Assembly: GCA_016206175.1 (NCBI GenBank)
Contig: JACQSB010000020.1
Span: 39,913-103,912 of the forward strand
Direction of reading: 5' to 3'
Origin: Candidatus Uhrbacteria bacterium
GTDB taxonomy: Bacteria > Patescibacteriota > Patescibacteriia > JACQRZ01
Length of the DNA stretch: 64,000 bases
Shown: one piece after another, positions 10,429 through 19,551 of the stretch
Layout of the letters: every line of letters starts with the position of its first letter
Numbering within the stretch: position 1 is the first letter of the stretch
Position numbers and translations under genes: made by a program
Notes under the pieces: generated by a model
Told to the model about the DNA's origin: nothing
Seen by the model: the letters and a program-made list of their open reading frames with translations, nothing else
The model's database searches: none

Positions 10429-10459
10429 AATGTATAATTTATGATTTTTGATGTATGAA

Positions 10460-11026
10460 TTATGATTTTTTCTCTTCAGGTTTTTTATTTACAATCACGC
10501 GTGCTGGAAGCAAAACCTTGCCATGAAACGTATAGCCTGCATTGATCTCCTGTGTGATGCAATTCTCTTGCAGTTCCTCCACATACTCCTGGCCGATTGC
10601 CTGATGCTGTGCAGGGTCGAATTGCTTGCCTTGGAGTCCGACCTGTTCGGCGACGCCAAGATTTTTTAATGCATCCTTCAGCTGTTTGCTGATCTGCTCA
10701 ACTCCCTTCACCCATGCCGACTCTTTCAGCTCATCAGGGAGTTGCAGGAATGCTTTTCGCAGTTGTTCGTAAACCGGTATCATCTGCATAACAGACCCCA
10801 TACTCGCTACCTGCGCTAATTCTTGCGCGTGTTTTTCTTGCTCGTTTTTGTAGTTGATATAATCAGCTTTTGCGCGCTTCCATCCATTGAGGTTTTCTTC
10901 ACATAATTTCTTCAGTCGCTCTACCTCTTCTTGTAGGCTGGGAGTAGCAGGATTTGTTTGTGCTGTCGTATCCTCTGCTGCGGATGCTTGATTGTTTTCC
11001 TCTTGACCGGAAGGTGTCATGCTCAT
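10460..11026 (-). CDS. grpE: nucleotide exchange factor GrpE
   Basis: Coiled N-terminus plus the GrpE C-terminal beta domain ([23 protein letters not shown]). The start is ambiguous: TTG 11035, ATG 11026 or ATG 11020. Confidence 0.88.
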   Translation of the reverse strand: MSMTPSGQEENNQASAAEDTTAQTNPATPSLQEEVERLKKLCEENLNGWKRAKADYINYKNEQEKHAQELAQVASMGSVMQMIPVYEQLRKAFLQLPDELKESAWVKGVEQISKQLKDALKNLGVAEQVGLQGKQFDPAQHQAIGQEYVEELQENCITQEINAGYTFHGKVLLPARVIVNKKPEEKKS

Positions 11027-11040
11027 AGATCGCAATACAT

Positions 11041-11757
11041 TTAGGAGTTAGCTTTTGACGATGAATTGACAAGATTGCACGCGGTTTTGACAAGTCCCAT
11101 ATTGTACCCGTAATCCATCCTCATGGGACCGATGATGCCGATCATCCCTGCAATGTCCTTTTCTTTATTGAATGCGCAGAAGATACTACTACAAGCTCCG
11201 GAAAAAACATTATTTCTTCCGATCAAAATCTGCGGATCGCCCGTCGCGACTGGATACAAGCGTTCTACCAATTCATAGAGGTTGTCGATCGCCTCGGTGA
11301 CTACGGACGCAAAGCGCTGTTCAAGGAATTCCGGTTTGTGCGCAAGGTAGCTCAAGCCGGTACATGAAAGCTCGCCAGTCTGCAGTGATACAAATACGAA
11401 TTCCTCTGCCTCATCAGAAAGCGCTCTTGCAAGTTTGGCGTATCGATCAAAAGAATGCTCCTCCTTTTGAGTCCATGCATTATCGAGGCGTTGTATGACC
11501 GATCGAGAAATGCGGCTCGGCTGAACTTGTTCAAGATAGACCTGATAGGCACGTTCGGTCGGAACACGGCCCGATGACGCATGCGGCTGCATCAGGTATC
11601 CCTCTTCTTCCAAAAAAGCAAATTCATTGCGCACGGTTGCCGGACTATAATCCAACTGATACTTCTGTACAAGCATGATAGAAGCAACAGGCTGGGCTGA
11701 AGCGATATAGCATTCAACCATGTACTGAACCAGCGTTAGTTTGCGTTCATCGAGCAT
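11041..11757 (-). CDS. hrcA: heat-inducible transcription repressor HrcA (short, 238 aa)
   Basis: N-terminal winged-helix region (PVASIMLVQKYQLDYSPATVRNEFAFLEEEGYL). First gene of the hrcA-grpE-dnaK-dnaJ block, with CIRCE 1 nt upstream of its ATG. Confidence 0.85.
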   Translation of the reverse strand: MLDERKLTLVQYMVECYIASAQPVASIMLVQKYQLDYSPATVRNEFAFLEEEGYLMQPHASSGRVPTERAYQVYLEQVQPSRISRSVIQRLDNAWTQKEEHSFDRYAKLARALSDEAEEFVFVSLQTGELSCTGLSYLAHKPEFLEQRFASVVTEAIDNLYELVERLYPVATGDPQILIGRNNVFSGACSSIFCAFNKEKDIAGMIGIIGPMRMDYGYNMGLVKTACNLVNSSSKANS

Positions 11758-11758
11758 A

Positions 11759-11785
11759 TTAGCAATCTCATCTCTAGATTGCTAA
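11759..11785 (-). promoter_or_regulatory. CIRCE operator (TTAGCAATC-N9-GATTGCTAA)
   Basis: A perfect 9-bp inverted repeat with a 9-nt spacer, close to the consensus TTAGCACTC-N9-GAGTGCTAA. It lies between the putative -10 box and the hrcA ATG. Confidence 0.85.
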
Positions 11786-11786
11786 T

Positions 11787-11815
11787 ACGATAGCGGACCA
11801 CATCCCGCATGTCAA
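11787..11815 (-). promoter_or_regulatory. putative sigma70-type promoter of the hrcA operon
   Basis: On the minus strand: TTGACA (11815-11810), a 17-nt spacer, then TATCGT (11792-11787). CIRCE starts 1 nt after the -10 box. Confidence 0.55.
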
Positions 11816-11849
11816 GGGGCACGTTTCCGAAATTACAGGGTCTTATTTT

Positions 11850-12911
11850 TTAGCACGCCAAGAAATACGTATCGCGCCCGCAGGGTCTGGACTCGGCATT
11901 CTTGATAATGGATTTGAAAACCACGATATCACTGCATATATCAACAGCTTCAGGCCCGAGGATGTCCGTACTTTGGAAAATGTGCCATTCGTTAATGTAA
12001 TTTTTCCTCATAAATGAATCGATCGTCCTGCCACCCCCTTCTACGAGTAGGCTCGTAATCTGCTTTTTCCCAAGATAGGCAAGGAGGGAGGGAAGAGAAA
12101 TGCCATCGTCTTCCTTCGGAAAGATGACAATAGGAATGCCTGCCATTTGAAATTTCTCTTTTTGAGTTTCAGAGGCTTTGTCGGTAGCGGCAACAAAAAC
12201 ATTGGCATCTTTGTATACATTGGCATCAACCGATGTACGAAGGGTGCCGTCAAGGATAATTCGCAGTGGGTCTGATTTCGCTCCTTCGCTCCGGTCAGTC
12301 AAAAAAGGATCGTCAACTGCGACCGTACCAGCTCCTACGATAATGGCATCAACAGCGTGGCGGAGTGTATGGACCTCCTTCTGTGCTTGTTCACTGGTTA
12401 TACTGGTACGTTTTCCCACAGCTGCGGCAATTTTATAATCCTTGCTGACTGCAACTTTACAAATCACAGATGGAATGCCAACTGTAGCCCAACGAGCAAA
12501 ATGCCGTATGAGATGCCGACACGAATGTTCCTCGACTCCGACGGTGACTTCGATGCCGTAGTGTTGAAGTTGCATAGCTCCATTGCCCGATACGTTCGGA
12601 TTGGGATCGCGAGTACCGATCACGACACGCTTGATGCCGGCATCCCGTATCGCGGAAGTACAAGGAGGTGTTTTCCCCTCATGCGTACAAGGCTCCAAAG
12701 TCACATACATGGTTGCCTTCGAGCTATCCTCAATGCATGATCGTAATGCCTCTATTTCTGCATGAGGCATGCCTGCTTTCCGGTGGTATCCCTCTCCAAT
12801 AATACGACTGTCTTTTACAACAACAGCCCCAACACATGGGTTGGGGCTTGTGAATCCGACACCCCGTTCAGCGAGCGTAATAGCTCGTCGCATGAAAAAC
12901 TCGTCAGACAT
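11850..12911 (-). CDS. ribD: bifunctional riboflavin deaminase/reductase RibD
   Basis: Deaminase zinc motifs HAEIEAL and PCTHEGKTPPC, plus a C-terminal reductase domain. Start moved to ATG 12911 (MSDEFF), which overlaps the ribBA stop by 8 nt. The track ORF opens at 12971. Confidence 0.9.
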   Translation of the reverse strand: MSDEFFMRRAITLAERGVGFTSPNPCVGAVVVKDSRIIGEGYHRKAGMPHAEIEALRSCIEDSSKATMYVTLEPCTHEGKTPPCTSAIRDAGIKRVVIGTRDPNPNVSGNGAMQLQHYGIEVTVGVEEHSCRHLIRHFARWATVGIPSVICKVAVSKDYKIAAAVGKRTSITSEQAQKEVHTLRHAVDAIIVGAGTVAVDDPFLTDRSEGAKSDPLRIILDGTLRTSVDANVYKDANVFVAATDKASETQKEKFQMAGIPIVIFPKEDDGISLPSLLAYLGKKQITSLLVEGGGRTIDSFMRKNYINEWHIFQSTDILGPEAVDICSDIVVFKSIIKNAESRPCGRDTYFLAC

Positions 12912-14100
12912 GCGAGAGGAGATGTCCAAGCTTTGATTTTTTCGTTTTGAGATACTCGCGGTTTTTATCATGCGGGATCATTTCTATTTTTACACGTTCA
13001 ACAATTTCAAGATCATGGCCGGCGAGTCCTATAATCTTTCTCGGGTTGTTTGTAAGGAGCCGGATTTTTGTGATGCCGAGCGCCTTGAGAATCTGCGCAC
13101 CAATGCCGTATTCACGCAAATCGTCTTTGAATCCGAGCCGTTGATTTGCCTGTACCGTATCCATCCCGAGGTCTTGCAGCTGATATGCTTTGAGCTTGTT
13201 TGCAAGTCCAATCCCTCTCCCCTCCTGCCGCATGTAAAGGATGACGCCGCTGCTATGTTTTTCAATGGTATGCATAGCGCTTGCAAGCTGTTCTCGACAA
13301 TCACAGCGGCGAGAACCGAACACTTCGCTCGTAAAACATTCTGAATGAGCGCGCACCAAAACAGATTCGCCTGAAATATCCCCTTTCACAAGAGCGCAAT
13401 GCTCAAGGCCGTCTACCTTAGATCGAAATAATTTGAGCGTCCACTCGCCGCTATCAGTCGGGATAGGGGCCTCGGAAATATACTCAACGAGAACTTCCGT
13501 GCTCCGCCGGTAAGCGATTAAATCTTGCACCGAAGCTATTTTGAATCCATGGCGTTGAGCGAAAACTTCCAAATCATCACGACGCGCCATCGTGCCATCG
13601 TCATTCATGATCTCACAGATCACTGCGGCTAGTTCGAGACCAGTCAAGCGCATGAGATCAAGAGCCGCTTCCGTATGCCCGGCGCGCACGAGCACGCCGC
13701 CTTTTCTGCCGCGGAGCGGAAATACATGTCCGGGCGCAACGAGATGAGAAGGCTTCGTTGTGCGACCAGCCAGCAATTTGATGGTATGCGCCCGATCAGC
13801 TGCAGAGATACCTGTCGTAATACCGGCTGCTGCATCCACGGAAACAGTAAATGCCGTATTCATAGTATCGCGTGTCTCGCTCACCATGTTATGCAATCCA
13901 AGCTGGGTAATCCGTTCATCTGACAACGGTACGCAGATGAGTCCGCGGCATTCCTTGATCATGAAATTCACGAGCTCGGGGGTCGCAAATTGCGCCGCAA
14001 AAATAAGATCCCCTTCATTCTCGCGCGATTCGTCATCGGTAATAATGACCGGCTTGCCTACCTGCAAATCATCGAGGAGTGATTGTAATGATGAATTCAT
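12904..14100 (-). CDS. ribBA: bifunctional DHBP synthase / GTP cyclohydrolase II RibBA
   Basis: ENEGDLIFAAQ (DHBP synthase) and ECFTSEVFGSRRCDC (GCH II zinc site). Start placed at ATG 14100, forming an ATGA overlap with the tmk stop. Confidence 0.92.
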   Translation of the reverse strand: MNSSLQSLLDDLQVGKPVIITDDESRENEGDLIFAAQFATPELVNFMIKECRGLICVPLSDERITQLGLHNMVSETRDTMNTAFTVSVDAAAGITTGISAADRAHTIKLLAGRTTKPSHLVAPGHVFPLRGRKGGVLVRAGHTEAALDLMRLTGLELAAVICEIMNDDGTMARRDDLEVFAQRHGFKIASVQDLIAYRRSTEVLVEYISEAPIPTDSGEWTLKLFRSKVDGLEHCALVKGDISGESVLVRAHSECFTSEVFGSRRCDCREQLASAMHTIEKHSSGVILYMRQEGRGIGLANKLKAYQLQDLGMDTVQANQRLGFKDDLREYGIGAQILKALGITKIRLLTNNPRKIIGLAGHDLEIVERVKIEMIPHDKNREYLKTKKSKLGHLLSHV

Positions 14101-14774
14101 AAAATATTCGATAGAGCAGCCCACACCTTCGCATGCACTTCTTCGGGAGTCAAGAGGTGGTCGGTATATGATTCAATCAATACATGTGTTTTGGGTGAGG
14201 TTTTTACAAGCCAGAGAAATGCTTCTTCCGCATGCTCTAAGTGGGATAAATCTGCCTCATGCATATCATGAGTCTTGCCTCCTTCAATATACGCTCGTTG
14301 CGCTTTCTTTTTTATCAGGTCTTGCCCGATAGCGGGAGGCACATGAATAACAATCGTCAAATCCGGATGAGGATTTTTCAGGATGCGAAATTCGAGGTCA
14401 TAGAGCCAGTCAACATAACGCTGCCGCTCATCATTGTTGCGGATTTTACCGCCTTGATGCCCGACATTGGAGTCGAGATAGCGGTCGAGCAGTACGATCG
14501 CGCCGGAATCGAGTTCTCCTCTGATCCTTCCAGATGCGTCAAACCGATCGAGGGAAAAAAAAAGAGAGGCTGCGTACGGATCAATTTCATCGGCAGACCC
14601 GTATGCACCATTTAAATACTCTTCGACCATCCCAGCTGATTTCTTGCCGTACTGTGGAAACGCATGCGTGGCGACCTGCCGCCCCTCATCGCGCAACCGT
14701 TGGGCGAGCAATGCTATCTGCGTACCTTTGCCGCTTCCATCCGTACCTTCAATTGCGATAAGCGTTCCGCGCAT
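14097..14774 (-). CDS. tmk: thymidylate kinase
   Basis: P-loop IAIEGTDGSGKGTQ. Start moved to ATG 14774 (MRGTLIAIEG), downstream of the TPR gene stop at 14788. Confidence 0.9.
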   Translation of the reverse strand: MRGTLIAIEGTDGSGKGTQIALLAQRLRDEGRQVATHAFPQYGKKSAGMVEEYLNGAYGSADEIDPYAASLFFSLDRFDASGRIRGELDSGAIVLLDRYLDSNVGHQGGKIRNNDERQRYVDWLYDLEFRILKNPHPDLTIVIHVPPAIGQDLIKKKAQRAYIEGGKTHDMHEADLSHLEHAEEAFLWLVKTSPKTHVLIESYTDHLLTPEEVHAKVWAALSNIL

Positions 14775-14787
14775 TCGTAGTAAAGCT

Positions 14788-15270
14788 CTAGAAAAAATCC
14801 ATTTCGGAAAAAGGGATTCCCTGTTCCAGCGCTTCAAGATACCGCCGGACGCCAAGCTCATCCCTTCTGTCAGCTTTCACCAATTTTCCATAGTATAATT
14901 TTGCGCGATTACCGTCTTTTTTCTCATAGGCGAGATGCCCAAGCCCGATAAGCACGCGCATAATGGCGCGATCTTCCAGTCGCTTCCAATCAAGCTTTTT
15001 TGGCAAATCATTCGGATAGCGCCTCTCCAAAATATACATGCATTCCTGCAGCCATCGATTCGCTTCAAACAAATCACGATGGCGGAGGTTCATGATGCCC
15101 ATGGCGGCATGCGCTTCTAAGATCGTGCCGGGACTATTGTCCGGATCATCTTCGTTTGCGATGATTTTTGAAAAATGCTCTTCTGCTTTTCGAAGATTAC
15201 CCATCTCATACGCTGCCCAGCCTTCATCAAGGAGTTCGCGATATTTTGTTTTAAGATAATCAAGAAGCAT
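14788..15270 (-). CDS. TPR-repeat protein (160 aa)
   Basis: Repeated A/Y/L helical-pair pattern (WAAYEMGNLRKAEEHF, LGHLAYEKKDGNRAKLYY). ATG at 15270. Confidence 0.7.
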   Translation of the reverse strand: MLLDYLKTKYRELLDEGWAAYEMGNLRKAEEHFSKIIANEDDPDNSPGTILEAHAAMGIMNLRHRDLFEANRWLQECMYILERRYPNDLPKKLDWKRLEDRAIMRVLIGLGHLAYEKKDGNRAKLYYGKLVKADRRDELGVRRYLEALEQGIPFSEMDFF

Positions 15271-15525
15271 GGTAGTGAAGATGAGAGATGAAAGTTTATA
15301 CTATCTATAGTGTATGACGGCTGTCCTTTGTCGTCAACGGCGATGCCTTTCTCGCACGGCCTCTGCGACAATATCGGGGACATAAAACTCTCCTTCTTGA
15401 GTTCGGGTGCATAACACTCGCCCAACGGGTCATCGCCAGATGTTTTTCAAAACCATCGTTTGTATTCAGGATGCTCGCGCAGAAAAAGAGGTACGCAGGT
15501 TGATTCAAGACTCATAAGTAAGGTA

Positions 15526-18102
15526 TCAAAATGTCTGAACAGGGATTAGGAGAAGATCTTTGTTTGTAATTCCCAGTCCTGTTTTTCGCATAATCTCAAA
15601 TGCATCGGAGGGACGGCCAAGGAAGTAGCGGCGAAGTTCTTTCGGGTGCAGGTACCATGCGCGGCCCTTTTCTTGCACTTGAAGAAAAATCTTGCCTGCA
15701 TGTTTTTTTGCAAATGCAAGGTCGGATGCAGTGGGTGTTTTCGAGCTTCCCGCAACAATGATCCGTTCCAAGTCAGTGTTACCGATACCGACTCCGAGTG
15801 TGCGCATCAGTGCAAAAGCATCGGCAGGCCGACCCATGAATATGCGCATGCCGGTATCGGGACGTACATACCATGCCTCCCCTTTGCTTTCAACTTGCAT
15901 AAGAATCCTGCCTTTTAATTTTGCAATGACTGATAGTGTCTTTGGATCGGTAATGGTAGCTTCCGTTTTTGGCTCGACAGAAGTCTCTTGTTTTGTTTGC
16001 TGTTCGCTTTTAATCGGAATCTCGACTTTTTGCTCGACATTCCCGCTTTGCTGTTGCCCAGCTTGTGATGATTCATTGATCACAACTGCTTGTTGCGGCT
16101 GATCTTGCTGGGACGGCAGCGACTCCGTTTTTGCTTGCAGCTCTCGTACGATAAGCAGATCGGAAAGAAAACTGACCTCTTCGCCGGTCGGAGAGAGAAG
16201 GCGCAGACGATATGATCCTGCCGAAAGCGACGAAGGCGTGGCGACTGATACGGTGCTGCCGTTCATTACAGAAATTTCGCCGGCAGAAAACTTGATGTCG
16301 ACCCCGCCGGCTAGTGGCGTCAAGACAAGCGAATAGAGCGGGTCATGATTATTTATCGATATTCGAAACGAACTGCCAGCAGTCAACTCATGAGGCTCAA
16401 AAAATGTAAGGGTAGGGACAGGTTTGCCAGCCGCGAGCGCCTTGAACGCATTGACACGTTTGCCGACATGCCCTGCTTTATCGGGGTTGTATTCATCGAT
16501 CGGATCAGCTGTTGCAAGGAGACGTTCGATGATGTTGGTTGCTGTCATGGTAGGGTAGGTTGCTTTCAGCAACGCTGCGATGCCTGCTACTACCGGAGTT
16601 GCAAACGATGTGCCACTTTCAGCGCCGTAGAGCTTTCCTTCTTTTTGGTATTTATCAGCAGTAGTTGTATACAGGCGCGTGCCGGGAGCAGAGAGCGAGA
16701 TGCAGTTGCTCCCATAATTCGACCATGTTGCTATTTTGTTGCCGTTAGTAGCGCGGTCGGTATTGTCCAACGCAGCGACACCAAGTCCGGTTGTGCCGCG
16801 CCGCGTATTGCATACCGGACTTTGCGGAAAATTATTCAAGTGTAATCCCGCTCCTGTCTTTACATCGCCATTACCGGCTGCTCCAACGACAACAGCTCCT
16901 TTGCTGAATGCGTAATCGATCGATGTATCCAGCTGCGGAAAAAATTGGTCTTCTCCGTTCGTGCTGAAACTCAAATTGATAATCGATGCTCCATGATCGG
17001 CAGCATATTTGATCGCGCGATCAACGATTTGGGAATTGGTCACGCCTTGCCCGTCAGCCACCAGCAATGGCATGATCTTTACATTTTTTACGATGCCTCC
17101 GATTCCGATAGCGTTATCTCGCACTGCACCGATAATGCCTGCCACTGCCGTGCCATGCAAACCCTTGGGTGACAAATCGGTATTATTTTCTAAAAAATTG
17201 TACCCTTGCACATCGTCAATGAAACCATTGAAATCATCATCAATGCCATTACCGGCAACCTCCTTGGTATTACGCCAAAATTGACCTTGCAAATCCGGAT
17301 GCGTAAGTAATACGCCATCGTCGATAACGGCAACAACCACTTCTTTTGTGCCGGCCATCGCCCATGCCTCTTTGACATAGACCTGCTCCAAATATTCCTG
17401 TAGATAAGAATACTCGTCATTGGAAATGCCTGTTGACACACGGTAATCGCTTGATGCGCTTTTCCCGTTTGAAGTAGTTATGCGAATTTGTTTCGTGCTG
17501 CCGGCAAGTTGTGCTGGCGGGGTTGCCGATATGCTCCCATCAGCCCAACTTGTGATTTGTGCAAGGTAAGAATCAAGGCGGACTTCACCGATTTGATCGC
17601 CAAATCCGGTGCCGGTTATTGTAATAGTCTGACCCTTTGTCACAGAAGGTTTGGGATTTACATCTACAATCTTTGGGAGAATAGTATAGGGTGTTCGTCC
17701 GCGTTCATCAAGAAAGGTAGATATCTCGCAATATCCTCTGTCGGGAAAACACTCTTCTTTTTTTGCCTGCACATAGACGATGACATCGCCGCTAATCGGC
17801 ACTTCATTGGGGACTTGCGCGGTGATATATGTGTCATTCCATTCCCATCCGGAACGCGTACCGAAAGTCGAAGCATTCACACAATGCTTGTTATCAAAAA
17901 AACAGAGATAACTGGTGGAGAGATTTGGTTGCCCAAAATTGGTGCCGGTAATGGTAAAATACTCACCGGCAAAAAGTTCACTGTTTGATAACGTGGCAGC
18001 ATCGGCAGAAACGCCAACCAATAAAAAAAGAATTGCGGTAACACCTGCTGTTATGAACAGGCGAGCTTTCGTGAATATTGAATTCTGATGTTTGGAGTTC
18101 AT
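15526..18102 (-). CDS. secreted subtilisin-like (S8) serine protease with IPT/TIG-like N-terminal domains and a duplicated C-terminal module
   Basis: N-terminal signal/anchor. FTITGTNFG and ITITGTGFG segments. Catalytic motifs VAVIDDG, HGTAVAGII and GTSFATP. Two ~50-aa C-terminal repeats (GEAWYVRP, GRAWYLHP). ATG 18102 forms an ATGA overlap with the gnd stop. Confidence 0.85.
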   Translation of the reverse strand: MNSKHQNSIFTKARLFITAGVTAILFLLVGVSADAATLSNSELFAGEYFTITGTNFGQPNLSTSYLCFFDNKHCVNASTFGTRSGWEWNDTYITAQVPNEVPISGDVIVYVQAKKEECFPDRGYCEISTFLDERGRTPYTILPKIVDVNPKPSVTKGQTITITGTGFGDQIGEVRLDSYLAQITSWADGSISATPPAQLAGSTKQIRITTSNGKSASSDYRVSTGISNDEYSYLQEYLEQVYVKEAWAMAGTKEVVVAVIDDGVLLTHPDLQGQFWRNTKEVAGNGIDDDFNGFIDDVQGYNFLENNTDLSPKGLHGTAVAGIIGAVRDNAIGIGGIVKNVKIMPLLVADGQGVTNSQIVDRAIKYAADHGASIINLSFSTNGEDQFFPQLDTSIDYAFSKGAVVVGAAGNGDVKTGAGLHLNNFPQSPVCNTRRGTTGLGVAALDNTDRATNGNKIATWSNYGSNCISLSAPGTRLYTTTADKYQKEGKLYGAESGTSFATPVVAGIAALLKATYPTMTATNIIERLLATADPIDEYNPDKAGHVGKRVNAFKALAAGKPVPTLTFFEPHELTAGSSFRISINNHDPLYSLVLTPLAGGVDIKFSAGEISVMNGSTVSVATPSSLSAGSYRLRLLSPTGEEVSFLSDLLIVRELQAKTESLPSQQDQPQQAVVINESSQAGQQQSGNVEQKVEIPIKSEQQTKQETSVEPKTEATITDPKTLSVIAKLKGRILMQVESKGEAWYVRPDTGMRIFMGRPADAFALMRTLGVGIGNTDLERIIVAGSSKTPTASDLAFAKKHAGKIFLQVQEKGRAWYLHPKELRRYFLGRPSDAFEIMRKTGLGITNKDLLLIPVQTF

Positions 18103-19520
18103 TTGGCCCACTCTGTGTGAAAGGTACCTTCTTTATCGATACGCTCATAGGTATGGGCGCCGAAGTAGTCGCGGTGTGCCTGCACCATGTTTGCCGGCAA
18201 TACTTCGGTGCGGAGAGCATCAAAGTAAGCAAGCGCTGACGAAAAAGCCGGCACGGGAATCCCCGAACGCGTTGCAACACAGATGACGTTGCGCAAATGC
18301 TGTTCTGCCGCCAGTAGCGTTGCAGAAAAATAAGGGGCTTGGATAAGGTTTGTCAGATCGGGCTGCTGGTCAAATGCTTCTTTGATCCGCTCGAGGAACC
18401 GCGCGCGGATGATGCAGCCACCCCGCCAAAGATACGCGATACTGCCATACTGAAACTCCCATCCATATTCAGTAGCAGCGGCTCGCATGAGCTGAAACCC
18501 CTGCGCGTAGCAAATCATTTTCGCTGCGTAGAGAGCGTCATGCAAAAATTTTATAAACTCTTCGGTGACCCGCTCCGTAGTAGCCTGCGGCGTTCCAAGT
18601 TGCTTTGAAAACGCAATCCTGTCTTTTTTTTGCGCGCTCATTGCCCGCGCTACAGTTGATTCCATCAATGTTGGGATGGGCACGCCAAGCTCTAACGCGG
18701 TTTGTGATGTCCATACACCGGTACCTTTCTGGCCTGCTTTGTCCAAAATCATATCTATCAAAAAATTGCCCGTTGCTGAATCGCGTTTTCTAAGAATCTC
18801 TGCTGTGATTTGAATCAGATACGAATCCAACACTCCTTGATTCCATTCATGGAATACGGATGCCATCCCATCTGGCTTCATATGTAGGAGCGTTTTCATC
18901 AAAAAATATGCCTCACTGATGAGCTGCATGTCGCCATATTCGATGCCGTTATGCACCATCTTCACAAAATGCCCCGCCCCATCGCTACCAACCCAATCAC
19001 AGCATGGGGTGTCATTGTTTGGCCCAACCTTTGCAGAGATCGCCTGAAAAAGATGTTTTATTTCCGACCATGCGGATGCAGATCCGCCGGGCATGATGGA
19101 AGGACCCAGTCGTGCCCCTTCTTCGCCTCCCGATACGCCCGTACCGATAAATCGCAAACCTCTTTTTTCCAGATACCTTTGTCTGCGGATCGTATCCTTA
19201 AAAAAAGAATTGCCGCCATCGATCACTATGTCGCCTTTTTCAAGTAACGGCGATAATTCTTCGATGACCGCATCTACAGCCGATCCCGCTTTTACCATGA
19301 GCATAACCCGACGAGGCGTTTGCAGTGATGCAACTAACTCTTGGATTGAATGTGCGCCAATAATAGGTTTGCCCTTCGCTTCTCCAGCCAGAAACTCGTC
19401 AACTTTTTCGGTTGTACGGTTGTACACCGCGACAGCAAAACCGTGGTCAGCCATATTGAGGACAAGATTCTGTCCCATGACTGCCAGACCAATCAACCCA
19501 ATGTCTGCTTTGTTCTTCAT
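18099..19520 (-). CDS. gnd: 6-phosphogluconate dehydrogenase, decarboxylating
   Basis: NADP-binding IGLIGLAVMGQNL and conserved Gnd core blocks. Start moved to ATG 19520 (MKNKADIG). Confidence 0.92.
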   Translation of the reverse strand: MKNKADIGLIGLAVMGQNLVLNMADHGFAVAVYNRTTEKVDEFLAGEAKGKPIIGAHSIQELVASLQTPRRVMLMVKAGSAVDAVIEELSPLLEKGDIVIDGGNSFFKDTIRRQRYLEKRGLRFIGTGVSGGEEGARLGPSIMPGGSASAWSEIKHLFQAISAKVGPNNDTPCCDWVGSDGAGHFVKMVHNGIEYGDMQLISEAYFLMKTLLHMKPDGMASVFHEWNQGVLDSYLIQITAEILRKRDSATGNFLIDMILDKAGQKGTGVWTSQTALELGVPIPTLMESTVARAMSAQKKDRIAFSKQLGTPQATTERVTEEFIKFLHDALYAAKMICYAQGFQLMRAAATEYGWEFQYGSIAYLWRGGCIIRARFLERIKEAFDQQPDLTNLIQAPYFSATLLAAEQHLRNVICVATRSGIPVPAFSSALAYFDALRTEVLPANMVQAHRDYFGAHTYERIDKEGTFHTEWAK

Positions 19521-19551
19521 ACTAGGTATCATGAAGTGTAATAAAAAAGTA

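Noticed and set aside
10439-10480. Direct repeat TTATGATTTTT x2 around the grpE stop
   Set aside because: It is only 11 bp and AT-rich. One copy includes the stop codon, and it is most likely chance similarity in an AT-rich spacer.
14774-14861. N-terminal extensions proposed by the ORF track (tmk 14861, ribD 12971, ribBA 14124, gnd 19559, alaS 59444, mnmA 63631, def 41292, fmt 45814, GT4 52043, surface protein 20580 and others)
   Set aside because: The extensions overlap the upstream gene or an intergenic promoter, often start at TTG/GTG, and precede the point where homology-like N-termini begin. Internal ATG starts that give canonical N-termini or ATGA coupling were preferred.
15271-15525. 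FMN (RFN) riboswitch upstream of the rib-containing operon
   Set aside because: I looked for the conserved RFN sequence blocks on the coding strand and did not find them. The call needs a covariance-model scan to be definitive.
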